From Octopus vulgaris (lineage: Eukaryota), in NCBI GenBank assembly GCA_951406725.2, contig OX597815.1, forward strand, positions 3,534,001 through 3,598,000: DNA of 64,000 nt, written 5' to 3'. The notes beneath the pieces are model-generated. The model was not told the DNA's origin. It was given only the letters and a program-made list of their open reading frames with translations, and made no database searches. Made by a program: the position numbers and the translations under genes. Positions 1-13,671 of the stretch are shown here, piece after piece; position 1 is the first letter of the stretch; the number at the start of each line of letters is the position of its first letter.

Positions 1-456
1 TACCAAGTAAAGTTATGCAGGGGGATGGGAAACTAACGATACTCTGGGACTATGATTTTCAGACAGATTGTGTAATCGAACACTTTCGGCCGGATATTGT
101 CATACTGAATAAGAGAGACAAATACTGTCAGATCATTGTTGTAACCATACCAAATGACATGAATGTTGTGAGTAAAGAGGTTGATAAAAAATCACCAAGT
201 ACTCTGAATTGAAAGTGGAAATGGCAAGACTGTATAGAATGCGAGAGGGTAATGCAAAAGTGATACCAGTGGTGATCGACGCTTTGGGCTCAATCCCATT
301 GAAGCTTCAAGACTTCTTTGAGCAACTGCAAATCCCATACAAGATTGATGTCTTGCAAAAAGCAGCCTTATTGAGCACAGCGCACATCTTAAGGAAAGTA
401 TTATCTGTCTGAGGTCCTTGTTGTGACTTCACAGATGACTAAAGACTCCGGTGGTG

Positions 457-458
<2 letters not shown>
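1..458 (+). mobile_element. 3' end of R4/Dong-like RLE non-LTR retrotransposon (frameshifted)
   Basis: ORFs 15-212 and 209-412 give TILWDYDFQTD..RPDIVI and PVVIDALGSIP..LQKAALL..ILRKVL, the restriction-like endonuclease C-terminus. A (TTA)n tract follows. Confidence 0.85.
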
Positions 459-516
<58 letters not shown>

Positions 517-669
517 CGAGGGCCATCTTCAGCAACAGCAACAGTCGCAGCAGCAAGATCAAACGAGCTAATTTGAAGGTGCAAACGATAAGATGTATTA
601 GGGAGACGAAAGCAAATTTAAGGAAAAAAATACAGGTTAAGGAGCGTGGTTCAGGGTATAGATACATAC

Positions 670-884
670 ACATATGTATGTGTGTATGTATGTATGTATG
701 TATATATGTATGTATGTATATATGTGTGTGTATGTATGTATGCATGTATGTATGTATGTATATATGTGTGTGTATGTATGTATGTATGTATGTATGTATG
801 TATGTGTGTGTATGTATGTATGTATGTATGTATGTATGTATGTATGTATGTATGTATATATGTGTGTGTATGTATGTATGTATG

Positions 885-918
<34 letters not shown>

Positions 919-1088
919 TGTATGTATGTATGTATGTATATATGTATGTATGTATATATGTGTGTGTATGTATGTATGTATGTATGTATGTATGTATGTA
1001 TGTGTGTATGTATGTATGTATGTATGTATGTATGTATGTATGTATATATGTATGTATGTATATATGTGTGTGTATGTATGTATGTATG

Positions 1089-1122
<34 letters not shown>

Positions 1123-1210
1123 TGTATGTATATATGTATGTATGTATATATGTGTGTGTATGTATGTATGTATGTATGTATGTATGTGTGTATGTATGTA
1201 TGTATGTATG

Positions 1211-1244
<34 letters not shown>

Positions 1245-1318
1245 TATATGTATATATGTATGTATGTATGTAGGTATGTATGTATGTATGTATGTATGTA
1301 TGTATGTATGTATGTATG

Positions 1319-1352
<34 letters not shown>

Positions 1353-1358
1353 TGTATG

Positions 1359-1420
<62 letters not shown>

Positions 1421-1450
1421 TGTATGTATGTATATATGTATGTATATATG

Positions 1451-1484
<34 letters not shown>

Positions 1485-1486
1485 TG

Positions 1487-1517
<31 letters not shown>

Positions 1518-1530
1518 TTATGTATGTATG

Positions 1531-1561
<31 letters not shown>

Positions 1562-1582
1562 ATATGTATGTATGTATGTATG

Positions 1583-1614
<32 letters not shown>

Positions 1615-1616
1615 TG

Positions 1617-1650
<34 letters not shown>

Positions 1651-1668
1651 TATATGTATGTATATATG

Positions 1669-1702
<34 letters not shown>

Positions 1703-1752
1703 TGTATGTATGTATGTATGTATGTATGTATGTATGTATGTATGTATATATC

Positions 1753-1784
<32 letters not shown>

Positions 1785-1900
1785 CATGTATGTATATATG
1801 TATGTATATATGTATGTATGTATATATATATGTATGTATGTATATATGTATGTATGTATGTATGTATGCATATATGTATGTATGTATGTATGCATGTATG

Positions 1901-1932
<32 letters not shown>

Positions 1933-2176
1933 TGTATGTACGTACGTATGCATGTATGTATATATGTATGTGTCTGAATGTATGAATGTATGTCTGCATG
2001 TATGTATGTAAGGATGTAAGTATATATGTAAGTATATATGTATGTATGTATGCATGTATGTATGTATGTATGTATGTATGTATATATGTATGTATGTATG
2101 TATGTAAGCATATATGTATGCATGTATGTATATATGCATGTATGTATATATGTATGTATGTATGCATGTATGTGTG

Positions 2177-2228
<52 letters not shown>
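670..2228. repeat. ~1.5 kb (TATG)n microsatellite ending in (TA)n
   Basis: Seen directly; source of the 400-590 aa MYVC/HTYI pseudo-ORFs. Confidence 0.98.
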
Positions 2229-2231
<3 letters not shown>

Positions 2232-2463
2232 ATTCTACAAGGTAAATTTGGTGTAGTAATACAAGTTCTCGTCCGCCAGACTGTGTAATTGGAGACACCG
2301 AACCAGAGTAAACAAATGTGTTTACCATCTCCCGATGGCCAAAGAAAAGGTAGGCTGGGTGTAACCAGCTTCGGTTCATTTATCGGTGGATCGAATTACA
2401 TACACAGCGGGGCCAAAATCGTGAACTGCTATAGTCCAGCGAGAAAATAGAAAATATATTACA

Positions 2464-2854
2464 ACTAGCAGTATCGCCCGGCGTTGCTCGGGTTTGTAAG
2501 GGAAATAACTATATAAGTATTTTTAGAGAGTTATAGCCAAAAAATAGCAAAAAATGCATTAAAAAGGGAAAAAAAATTATGGTAAATTTTTTTTTAAATC
2601 GTTGACTCATCGTAGACATTTTTAGAGAGTTACTTCCCTTATATAATAGCGAAAAAATGCATTAAAATGGAAAGCAATGATGGTAATTTTTTTTTTAAAT
2701 CGTAGATGCGCGCTAATACCCAGAAGGGCTCGATATGAATCACGACTATAAGATACCCGGTTTTGGTTAAACTGCACCGCAAAATGTGGGAGTAGTTAGG
2801 AATCTAAATCGAAGGAGACAGACAGCACACAACCTCACTTTTATATATAAAGAT
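2464..2854 (+). mobile_element. Helentron-associated/DINE-1-like non-autonomous element
   Basis: Starts ACTAGCAGTATCGCCCGGCGTTGCTCGGG and ends GACAGACAG..TTTTATATATAAAGAT. Related ends occur at 19428 and 52979. Confidence 0.65.
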
Positions 2855-2981
2855 GTATGCGTGCGTGTGTATGGTGGGAATGCATATTGAAAGCTCCACT
2901 GAAGAGCTTTGAGATGAACCCAATCTGCTGGGAAACGCAGGTACAAGACCGCTCTGACTAGTGAAGCTACACCAACAAATG

Positions 2982-3305
2982 CGGCGAGCTGGCAGACTCG
3001 TCACCATGCCGTTACGTTCTGAGTTCAAATTCCGCCGAGGTCGACTTTGCCTTTCAGACCTCGGCGGAATTTGAACTCAGAACGTAACGGCAGACGAAAT
3101 ACCTATTTCTTTACTACCCACAAGGGGCTAAACACAGAGAGGACAAACAAGGACAGACAGTGCGTCACTGGTACTTAATTTATCGACCCCGAAAGGATGA
3201 AAGGCAAAGTCGACCTCTGCGGAATTTGAACTCAGAACGTAACGGCAGACGAAATACCACTAAGCATTTCGCCCGGCGTGCTAACGTCTCCGCAAGCTCG
3301 CCACC
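2982..3305. mobile_element. SINE family B (Meta-domain-like), rearranged head-to-head composite
   Basis: A + partial copy is joined to - copies. Shares the GAGTTCAAATTCC B-box-like motif and the GCCTTTCATCCTTTCGGGGTCGATAAA core. Confidence 0.85.
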
Positions 3306-3369
3306 TTTTGCTATAAAATTATTATCAGATTCATTAAGATGTTTAATTTTTTTCAGTTTTCGTGTTTTA

Positions 3370-3775
3370 TTCTTTTACTTGTTTCAGTCATTTGACTGCG
3401 GCCATGCTGGAGCGCCGCCTTTAGTCGAGCAACTCGACCCCAGGACTTATTCTTTGTAAGCCTAGTAATTTTTCTATCGGTCTCTTTTGCCGAACCGCTA
3501 CTTTACGGGGATATAAACACACCAGCATCGGTTGTCAATTGATGTTAGGGGTACAAACACAGATACACATACACACACACACACACACATATATATCTAT
3601 ATACATTGGACGGGTTTCTTTCAGTTTCCGTCAACCAAATCCACTCACAAGGCTTTGGTCGGGCCGAGGCTATAGTGAAAACACTTGCCCAAGGTGACAC
3701 GCAGTGGGACTGAACCCGGAACCATGTGGTTGTTGGTTAGCAAACTTCTTACCACACAGCCACCCCTGTGCCTAT
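3370..3775 (-). mobile_element. SINE family A (tRNA-derived, internal microsatellite)
   Basis: Reverse complement of the copy at 4099-4550. Confidence 0.9.
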
Positions 3776-4098
3776 ATATTTTTATCAATTTTTTCAGTTT
3801 TGTATGATTTCGTTATAAAAATATTATCAGATTCAAAGCGATGTTTAATCTTTTCACTTTTCATATTTATTAATTTTAATTTTTTTTCTGCTTTGTTTTA
3901 TTGAGGGTTAAAACAATTTTTTTAGTTGGGGGAGATAAACCAATTTTTTAATGAGGGTGAGATACCCAAAAACTACTGAGAAATAATTACATACACAGCC
4001 GCACATACACAGTCTCTCCCTCTCTCTCTCACACACAAACACATACACCGTCTCTCTCCCTCGTAGGCATACATCACACATTCCATCTCATATACATA

Positions 4099-4266
4099 CA
4101 GGAGTGGCTGTATGGCAAGTAGCTTGCTAACCAACCACATAGTTCTGGGTTCAGTCCCACTGCGTGGCATCTTGGGCAAGTGTCTTCTACTATAGCCCCG
4201 GGCCGACCAATGCCTTGTGAGCGGATTTGGTAGACGGAAACTGAAAGAAGCCTGTCGTATATATGT

Positions 4267-4337
<71 letters not shown>

Positions 4338-4550
4338 ATATGCGTTTGTGTGTCTGTGTTTGTCCCCCTAGCATTGCTTGACAACCGATGCTGGTGTGTT
4401 TATGTCCCCGTCACTTAGCGGTTCGGCAAAAAGAGACCGATAGAATAAGTACTGGGCTTACAAAGAATAAGTCCCGGGGTCGATTTGCTCGACTAAAGGC
4501 GGTGCTCCAGCATGTCCGCAGTCAAAATGACTGAAACAAGTAAAAGAGTA
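4099..4550 (+). mobile_element. SINE family A
   Basis: A-box-like TGGCTGTATGG, B-box-like GGTTCAGTCCC, CTTGGGCAAGT core, internal (TA)n and GAAACAAGTAAAAG tail. More than 15 copies in the window. Confidence 0.9.
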
Positions 4551-4564
4551 TTCAGAAACACCTT

Positions 4565-4607
<43 letters not shown>

Positions 4608-5562
4608 CACCACACATAGCGCTACACGAACTGCCAGAGATTAAAAGTAATGTCGTTCCTCAAAGAAGCAAAGAATTCCTGAATTGAATTGAGTTGGGTT
4701 TCCTTTTAGATAAAAACCAAATAAAGGGAACTTTTCTTTCGTGGCTTTAAGTCCCTTTCTTCATTCATTCAGGCTTCCATTTATTTTTTCTTTCATTCAT
4801 TTCATTCGTTCCGTGGTTTTCACCTTCTTCCCGCTCCTTCACCTCCTCCTCCTTCTCTTTCTTTCCTTCTGTCTTTCTCTCGTTCTTTTCTTTCATTCTT
4901 TCACTCCTTCTTTCTTTCCTTGTTCCTGCCTTTTAACTGGTTTTCTTCTTTTATGAATGTCTGAGTCCTTTCCTTGTTGCAGGAAGTGCAGTACCCACGG
5001 GTACCCGAGTTCAGGTGCGCGTGTGTAGGGGGAGGGGTGTCGAGAGATAAGCTTTACCAATGTGTCTTCTAAATGGCCCCTAGGGACTGTTGTTGTTGTT
5101 GTTGTTAGTGTGATGTTGACAGTGATGGGGCGGTGGTGGTGGTAGCATGATAGTAGCTGTCGTGTCGATGATGGTGGAGGGAGAGGATGTCGGTGGTGGT
5201 TGCTTTGGAAATAAGACCTGGGAGCGAGAGGGGGGAGAGAGAAAGGGAGCGCGAGAGCTGGGATGGAGAAAAGCATTTAACGTATTATTGTATTTCAGAA
5301 ACGGAGACCCCCAAGTGCAGATTGTTCAGTTAACAAATAAATAAATAAAAATGGGACTAATAGGGTCACTATTGTGGCTGGAACAAAAAAGGATTGGATG
5401 GGGGTTAGGGTGTGACCGTAAAGAAAGATAATTTGTCCCGAAAGAAAAAAGAGCCGGGTTTTATCTTTTGAATCAAGATAAGCGAAACCGAAGTGAACTT
5501 TTTCAAGGTAACATGTGTTGGAGTGCTTTGGTGCGCATGCGTAATTAGTGTGTGTTGTGTGT

Positions 5563-5604
<42 letters not shown>

Positions 5605-5724
5605 TGTGTAAGCACGTGGCTTTGTGGTAAAGAGATTTTGCATTCTGAGTTCAAATCGTTCCATGGCCTGCATAAGGATTGGGGATTAGACTTAATCCCT
5701 CCTCACCCAGTTTTAATACCCATT

Positions 5725-6135
5725 TCCTTATTGTCCACAAGGGGTTAAACACAGAGAGGACAAACAAGGACAGACAAACGGATTAAGTCGATTACATCGA
5801 CCCCAGTGCGTGACTAGCACTTATTTAATCGACCTCGAAAGGATGAAAGGCAAAGTCAACCTCGGCAGAATTTGAACTCAGAATGTAACGGCAGACGAAA
5901 TACCTGTTGCTTTACTACCCACAAGGGCCTAAACACAGAGGGGATAAACAAGGACAGACAGACGGATTAAGTCGATTATATCGACTCCAGTGCGTAACTG
6001 GTACTTATTTAATCGACCTCGAAAGGATGAAAGGCAAAGTCGACCTCGGCGGTATTTGAACTCAGAACGTAACGGCAGACAAATGCCGCTAAGCATTTCG
6101 CCCGGCGTGCTAACGTTTCTGCCAGCTCACCGCCT
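5725..6135 (-). mobile_element. SINE family B, two tandem units
   Basis: Two ~185 bp units plus one head. Confidence 0.9.
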
Positions 6136-7319
6136 TTCCCAGTTTTAATATCACTCACTCGGTCCTTTGAGGGTACCTTGAGAAGAGGACGCCACTCAGT
6201 TGCAAGCATTCGGACCAAGTTTACGGCCTGAATAATAATCTCCTGCCTCTTCCTTCCCCCCAGTCTTGGGTGCCCGGAATAAGTTATACCTATTACCCTT
6301 TCCGTCCTGACTAAAGATAAAAAAACAAAACCCCAGAAATAAAACGTCACATGTTACATGTGAGGATAAAAGTACACCATGTTAAGTTTATCGCTTCAAT
6401 ATGGCGGCCTTATCTGTCACACCTGTTACTTTCTGAAGAAAGGCTAAGAGCAAAACTAACATTTCACTGAGACGATAAATAAAAAAAAAATATTTGATTT
6501 AATATAAGCATTGTAAAACGGTAAATTTGATAAATGAGTCTGGAGATAAATTGATGTTTTACTCGTATTTATTTTGTGATTTGATAAATGAATCAATTTG
6601 ATAAATTAGAATGACATTTCAATTATTTTATTTTCCATCAAGTTGTAAAGCGGTCGGTTTAGGGAATTCGGTTAACGCAGTAACAGGCTGCAGTTAAGAA
6701 AACAATCGGCGTTTACGTGTACGTGGTTTTCCCAACATTTTGTCTTTGCGTTTACCAAATACACGGAAATAGTGAATTAGGAAAGTTAAATTATCGATCT
6801 AATAAACTGATGGATTCGATAAGATGTTGTGTGAGATAATGTATTGATGTTGTTATTGTTTTTATCAATCTCCATGTTTGATAATAATATGAAAGAAAAA
6901 AAAAAGATTTGATAATTTAGTAAAATACACCATTTGTAAAAATGGCAGCCGCTAGATAAATAGTCGTGTACATGTTAAGTTTAACCCATTTGATTGATCT
7001 GTGATCGATGTTATTTTACAGATTGGTGAATTATTTATTTTAACTTGATGGAAATTAATACTGTGGGGAGGTTTATTAAACCGTAAAGATTACTCAACTA
7101 AAAACTTAGTTAATGCCATAAACGTGTTTGCTATTCAATGGTTTGAGAAAGTGAAAACAGAAAAAGAAATTTCATAATAACTGGTCGCCTTTGAAAGTGC
7201 AGATACACAGCATAATTAACAGCTACAGAGAGGCGGCCGCTTCAGAAATTTAATTTACAAAATGATTTTCTTTGTTTTTTCTTAGATTTGATGATATAAA
7301 ATAAATCTGGCACCCACCA

Positions 7320-7870
7320 GTTACGGCAACGACGACGGCAGTGAGTGTTCCGGTTTATCCAATCAATGGAACAGCCTGCTCGTGAAATTAAAGTGCAAGT
7401 GGTTGAGGGTTCCGCAAATTCACAAACCCTTAATGTAGCTTCCAGCGAGATTCAACCTGACACAGACTGTGACCAGGCTGATCCTTTGAATTTACAGGTA
7501 CAGCTCATTTAAGGCGGCGAGCTGGCAGAATCGTTAGCACGCCGGACGAAATGCGTAGCCGTATTTCGTCTGCCGTTACGTTCTGAGTTCAAATTCCGCC
7601 GAGGTCGACTTTGCCTTTCATCCTTTCGGGGTCGATTAAATAAGTACCAGTTACGCACTGGGTTCGATATAATCGACTTAATCCGTTTGTCTGTCCTTGT
7701 TTGTCCCCTCTGTATTTAGCCCCTTGTGGGTAGTAAAGAAATAGGTACAGCCCATTTTTCCCATCTGAATGGACTGGAGCAACGAGATATAAAGAATACA
7801 AACACAGCCAGGTATCGAACTCACCACCTTAGGATCCGTAGCCAAAACCCCAAATCACTAAGCCACGCGC
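7320..7870 (-). mobile_element. SINE family C (tRNA-derived) interrupted by a family B copy
   Basis: Similar to 35735-36030 and 50795-50910. The family B insert at 7511-7742 carries a 15 bp target-site duplication. Confidence 0.75.
7513..7745 (+). mobile_element. SINE family B, full length
   Basis: Runs from GGCGGCGAGCTGGCAGAA to GTAGTAAAGAAATA. Confidence 0.9.
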
Positions 7871-8301
7871 CTAGATTTCGCAACAATTTCTAATACAAAC
7901 ACAAAGCCAGTATATTTTGAGGGAAGGGGTCAACCTATGAAATCAATGCCGGTGCTTGACCGGTAATTTATCGATCTCGTGGGTGGGGGACGACAGAAAG
8001 CATAAACCGCACAGGGATTTGGACCCGGAACGTGACAAACCGAATTAAATACTAACAGGCGTTTTGTTAGAGGCCTTAACCGTTCTGTCAATCCATCCCA
8101 GCCCTTATAATAGATATCGTGAAGGGATGACGTGGCTTAGTGGTTAGGGTACCCTGGAACACCCGTCGTCGTAACCGATGGGGTGCCAGTTAAATTTTGA
8201 TATTAGATATCAAAATACACACACACACATACACACGCACTTACACACACATGCATACACACACACATGTATATATATATATATATACAAATTTATGTGT
8301 G

Positions 8302-8343
<42 letters not shown>

Positions 8344-8538
8344 GTATATACGATAATCTTCTGTAGGTTTCCGTTCACCAAATCTGCTCACAAGGCTTTG
8401 GTCGGCCCAAAGTGCCATGTAGTGGGACTGAACTCGTAACCATGAGATCGGGAAGCAAACTTCTTTCAACACAGCCACGCCCTCGGTATGTGCACTCATC
8501 CTGCTTCCCTTGTATTAACTCTCTCTGATCTTCTCTTT

Positions 8539-8574
<36 letters not shown>

Positions 8575-8829
8575 GTACAATGTAAAGCGTGACATCAAAA
8601 GTCAAGCAACCAGCCAGCGTTCGTATCTGCTATTATCATTCAGAACCCTTCAGTCAATCTTGTTCTACATTTTCAAACACAAATATATTCTTTCTTTTGT
8701 TGACATCAGATATTGCTCAACACCCGAGATTTTCATTTGTACACGAATTGATAAATGTGTCGGTACACGTATTATTCACAGGTGATACTCGTTTTAGTAC
8801 CCGTATTGGTAAACGTTTTGATAAACTTA

Positions 8830-9063
8830 TTTATTTCTTTACTACCCACAAGGGGCTAAACATAGAGGGGACAAACAAGGACAGACAAACGGATTAAGTC
8901 GATTATATCATCCCCAGTGCGTAACTGGTACTTATTTAATCGACCCCGAAAGGATGAAAGGCAAAGTCGACCTCGGCTGAATTTGAACTCAGAACGTAAC
9001 GGCAAACGAAATACCGCTAAGCATTTCGCCCGGCGTGCTAACGATTCTTCCAGCTAGCCGCCC
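8830..9063 (-). mobile_element. SINE family B
   Basis: Reverse complement of 7513-7745. Confidence 0.9.
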
Positions 9064-9634
9064 TATTGATAAAATTATTGGTACTGTTAGTCTACCGGAA
9101 ATGTTAACTGGAAAGCCAGTCCTGACCGATGAGGTGTTTGATCAAAAGCGAACCATACGTAGCCATTCGGTCATATTTTATTCAGACATTGTTAATTTAC
9201 GACTACATTATGCAAAGTGCTTCCATTTCTTTTTAAAGACAATGAAATATGTGTTGAGGAAAATTTGAGTGTTGCTTTTTACTGGATCAAAATAACAATG
9301 ACCGTATACAAGATCCGATAAAATTCACTAAGCCTTTCAAGATGGCAGCAAAGAACAGCAGGGGTCAGTAGAGTCTTAGTATGAGATGAGCAAGGACAAG
9401 ACGTGGACTGCAGAAGAGCCCCCTTCCCTAAGACCAGGTAAACACCCAGCATAGACACGGCATCGAACAGGTTTGGAGTAAGTATAGGATCATCATGGAG
9501 TTGGTCTGATTCCGATTTGGACGGATTTATGTCCGATCCAATATGGCCGCCATCAAACAACTGAAATCAGTTAAAGAAATGTACTTATGCATTTACATAT
9601 TTGAATGCGTGTATATGTACGCATGTGTTCGTTC

Positions 9635-9669
<35 letters not shown>

Positions 9670-9760
9670 TGTGTGTCTGTACGTATGTATATGTATATAT
9701 ATGTACTTATATATATATATGTATGTATGTATATGTGTATATATGTACTATGTATGTATG

Positions 9761-9791
<31 letters not shown>

Positions 9792-9865
9792 ATTTTCATA
9801 TATATACATAAACAGTCATACTTATCTGTGTGCGTGTGTGTGCTTGTGTAATTATACTTATCTAC

Positions 9866-9900
<35 letters not shown>

Positions 9901-9901
9901 T

Positions 9902-9965
<64 letters not shown>

Positions 9966-10789
9966 GTACACATACATACACATACGCAAAACATGCATAC
10001 AAATCATACTAGCTGCAAGACATAGCCACCACAACACCTTCTCCTCTTCCACAACACTTCCTTCCCCCTCCTCCTCCTCCTCCTCCTCTAATTTGAGGCC
10101 GAGACAGACTAAACAGTTTTCCTTCAATGACCGAACCACTGAAGAACGTGTACAGCTAAATGCAGCACTTATATTAGAATCCATGCATTATTCGCGATTA
10201 TATTATTCAAAAACTATTGAATCGTGAATGAATCGGCACTGACGTAGCTAGTTTAGGCATCGTGCCTCCCCACCCCTCCTCCTCCTTTCTCTCTCAACTT
10301 TATTCTTTATTCTCCCACTTTCTCTTTTACTCCTTACATATCGCCTCATGTTGCCACCCCGCTCCTCTAATGACTTGCACACCACATCGTCCTTTCCCGA
10401 GAAATGATGCCCCGTGGCAAAAGTGACAACGGCGAAAGATATTCTTACCATCCTCTTCAGTTCTATCTTATTGTTATTGTTATTGTTGTTAATTTTTTTC
10501 TTAAGAGAAACAAAACTAAAAGCAATAAACAACTCATTAAATAAATATTAAAAAAAAAAACTAGAAGTAAAAAAAAATATGGTGTTATTTTTTTCCTTTT
10601 TATTTGTTTGTTTGTGTGTTTTTAAGTGGTTTGTTATTTGTTATTGTTTTTTTTTTTTGCTGGTGATTTTAGGAAAAAATATTAGAAAAAATACGGGGAA
10701 GAAAGAACAAAAAAATGGTAAAAAGAAACGTTTGCAAAAAAATATGAATATTTTCTCGTGGGAGAAAGAAAGCAAGAACGAAATAAAGA

Positions 10790-10805
10790 AGAGGAAGCAA
10801 AGAAA

Positions 10806-10872
<67 letters not shown>

Positions 10873-10949
10873 GGAGGGAGGGAGGGAGAGAAGGAGGAAG
10901 AAAAGAAAGAAAGAAAGGGAGGGAGGGAGGGAGAGAAGGAGGAAGAAAA

Positions 10950-10980
<31 letters not shown>

Positions 10981-11039
10981 GGAGAGAGGGAGGAAGGAAA
11001 GAAGGAAGAAAGGGAGGAAGAGAGGGGGAAGGAAGGAAA

Positions 11040-11071
<32 letters not shown>

Positions 11072-11150
11072 GGAGAGAGGGAGGAAGGAAAGAAGGAAGA
11101 AAGAAAGGGAGGAAGAGAGGGGGAAGGAAAGAAGAAAGAAAGGAAGGTTA
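10790..11150. repeat. Polypurine (GAAA/GGAA/GGGA)n tract
   Basis: Seen directly. Confidence 0.95.
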
Positions 11151-11527
11151 ATTAATTTCATTAACAATTAACAGGAATTGGTCGGTGGTGTGTTTTTGTT
11201 TTTTAATTCCAAACCTGGTAGCATCATGTTTTATATGTTCTTGTGACATGTCAGGTCGGGTCAGGTCAGGTCAGGTCAAGTCACTAATTGGCTAATTTCT
11301 CAGTCATACGGGCTAAAAACCTAATTAACAAAAAAGTGAGTGAATGTGTGTGTGTGTGTGGATTCACTGGAGATACAGACAGACACACACACACACACAC
11401 ACACATTCACATAGAATTGAAGTTTGTATGAAACGACAAATTCACAGGCGAAGGGCGCAATCGCCGATTGCATTTTCTCTCATTAGATTACTCTGAATAA
11501 TTAATTATTAATATATTGTTCTTAATG

Positions 11528-12125
11528 AGGCGGCGGGCTGGCAGAATCGTTAGCACGCCGGGCGAAATACTTAGCGGTATTTCGTCTGCCGCTACGTTCT
11601 GAGTTCAAATTCCGCCGAGGTCGACTTTGCGTTTCATCCTTTCGGGGCCGATAAATTAAGTACCAGTTACGCACTGGGGTCGATGTAATCGACTTAATCC
11701 GTTTGTCTGTCCTTGTTTGTTCCCTCTGTGTTTAGCCCCTTGTGGGTAATAAAGAAATAGGTATTTCGTCTGCCGCTACGTTCTGAGTTCAAATTCCGCC
11801 TAGGTCGACTTTGCGTTTCATCCTTTCGGGGCCGATAAATTAAGTACCAGTTACGCACTGGGGTCGATGTAATCGACTTAATCCGTTTGTCTGTCCTTGT
11901 TTGTTCCCTCTATGTTTAGCCCCTTGTGGGTAGTAAAGAAGTAATAATCGTTAATGCACCGGGGAAAATGTTTAGCGGCATTTCTTCCGAAAATACCGCT
12001 GGGGTCGACCTTGCTTTTCATCCTATCGGCATCGGAATAATAAGTACCAGTTATGTACTGGGATCAATGTTATCAACTTATCCCCTTCCCCGAAATTGCT
12101 GGCCTTGTGCCAATATTTGATATCA
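11528..12125 (+). mobile_element. SINE family B tandem array followed by a diverged copy
   Basis: Head plus two near-identical units, then an older copy. Confidence 0.88.
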
Positions 12126-12189
12126 ATGTATTGCTGTTCATACTTATTATTCATAAACACACAACAGATTAGACTTGGAAAAGAAAACT

Positions 12190-12467
12190 TACTAACATCC
12201 GGCTACAAAAAGGAACCTTTGATGCCCAGAACCCTCCTAAGTATCCTAGCTGTCCCCTAATAACTGGAGCGCTGTGCTAAACTGGGTTTTATGCCTATTC
12301 CCTCTATCCATCTGGTCACATCTTTAGAGATAGTCCCCAATGCCCCTATAACTACTGGGATACATTTTACCTGCACTTTCCAGACTCGCTGTAATTCAAT
12401 GGCCAGGTCCTGGTACTTTCCTATTTTTTCTATAGCTTATATTGATTTTTTCATCATTTGGGACTGT

Positions 12468-12468
<1 letters not shown>
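12190..12468 (-). mobile_element. R4/Dong-like RLE LINE 3' fragment
   Basis: Minus strand reads EKIGKYQDLAIELQRVWKVQVKCIPVVIGALGTISK; abuts an (ATC)n tract. Confidence 0.85.
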
Positions 12469-12529
<61 letters not shown>

Positions 12530-12530
12530 T

Positions 12531-12574
<44 letters not shown>

Positions 12575-12625
12575 TATAATCATCATCATCGTCATCATCA
12601 TCATCATCATCATCATCACCACCAC

Positions 12626-12703
<78 letters not shown>

Positions 12704-12759
12704 TATTATTATCATCATCATCATCATTATTATTATTATTATTATTATTATTGTTATTA

Positions 12760-12805
<46 letters not shown>

Positions 12806-12858
12806 CATCATCATCATCATCATCATCATTATTATTATTATTATTATTATTACTATTA
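12468..12858. repeat. (ATC)n/(ATT)n compound microsatellite
   Basis: Seen directly. Confidence 0.98.
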
Positions 12859-13671
12859 TGGCGTATAAATGACTGAGATCACACTACTCCCCCCTAAATG
12901 GGACACCAGCCCGTCGAGGAGTTACACGTTTACAGCTGAGTGGACTGGAGCAATATGAAATAGTGTCTTACTCGGGAGACAAAGTGCCGCCGGGAATCGA
13001 ACTCACTTAGGGTATCCGTGAGCTGATTACTCTTACCACTAAGTCACGTGCCCTCATTGGTAGCAAAAGCTTTTTTTCTAAAGTTACCCATCATACGACG
13101 AGCAACACTTTAATATCACTGCATTGACCAGACTATGGCATGTTGTTAAACCCCGCTGATCACAATGCGCTTTTTTTATATCGGCAGCAGCTTTGAAATG
13201 ACGTCAGCCTCATTGGTTAGGCAAGCGAAGATTACCCCTGGATGGGATGCCAGTTCGTCACAGGGTGGTTACTCGTTTACGACGGAGTGGACTGCGGTAA
13301 CAGGGAATGTAGTGTGTTGCTGAAGAATACAATGCATCGTCTACCAAATCCACTCACAAGACATTGGTCAGCATGAGGCTATAGTAGAAGACACTTGCCC
13401 AAATTGCCACGCAGTGGGACTGAACCCGGAACCATGTGGTTGGTAAGCAAGCTAGGGTGGTCATGGAGAATACGGGAATGATTGAATTTGGTGGAGATCG
13501 TTGTTGTTGTTGTTAATGACTACCTCCATCATCTTAGTCAAGTTGGGAAGAAGCGCTACGGGACGGTAGGCGGTGGGAGCATAGAAGATGACCTTGGGAA
13601 TAATGTTTCCAAAGATCAAGATATGTCACTGCATTTAGAAAGAAGAAGAACGTAGTGTTTGGGGAAGATAA

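Noticed and set aside
401-2379. Long ORFs of 400-590 aa, and similar ones at 26.6, 35, 51, 58 and 60.6 kb
   Set aside because: Translations of stop-free microsatellites.
2804-3028. RLGSSQ as possible sim exon 2, and CTGAAGA..GAAA at 2899
   Set aside because: No ELGSHLLQ match or splice sites; helices I and III do not pair.
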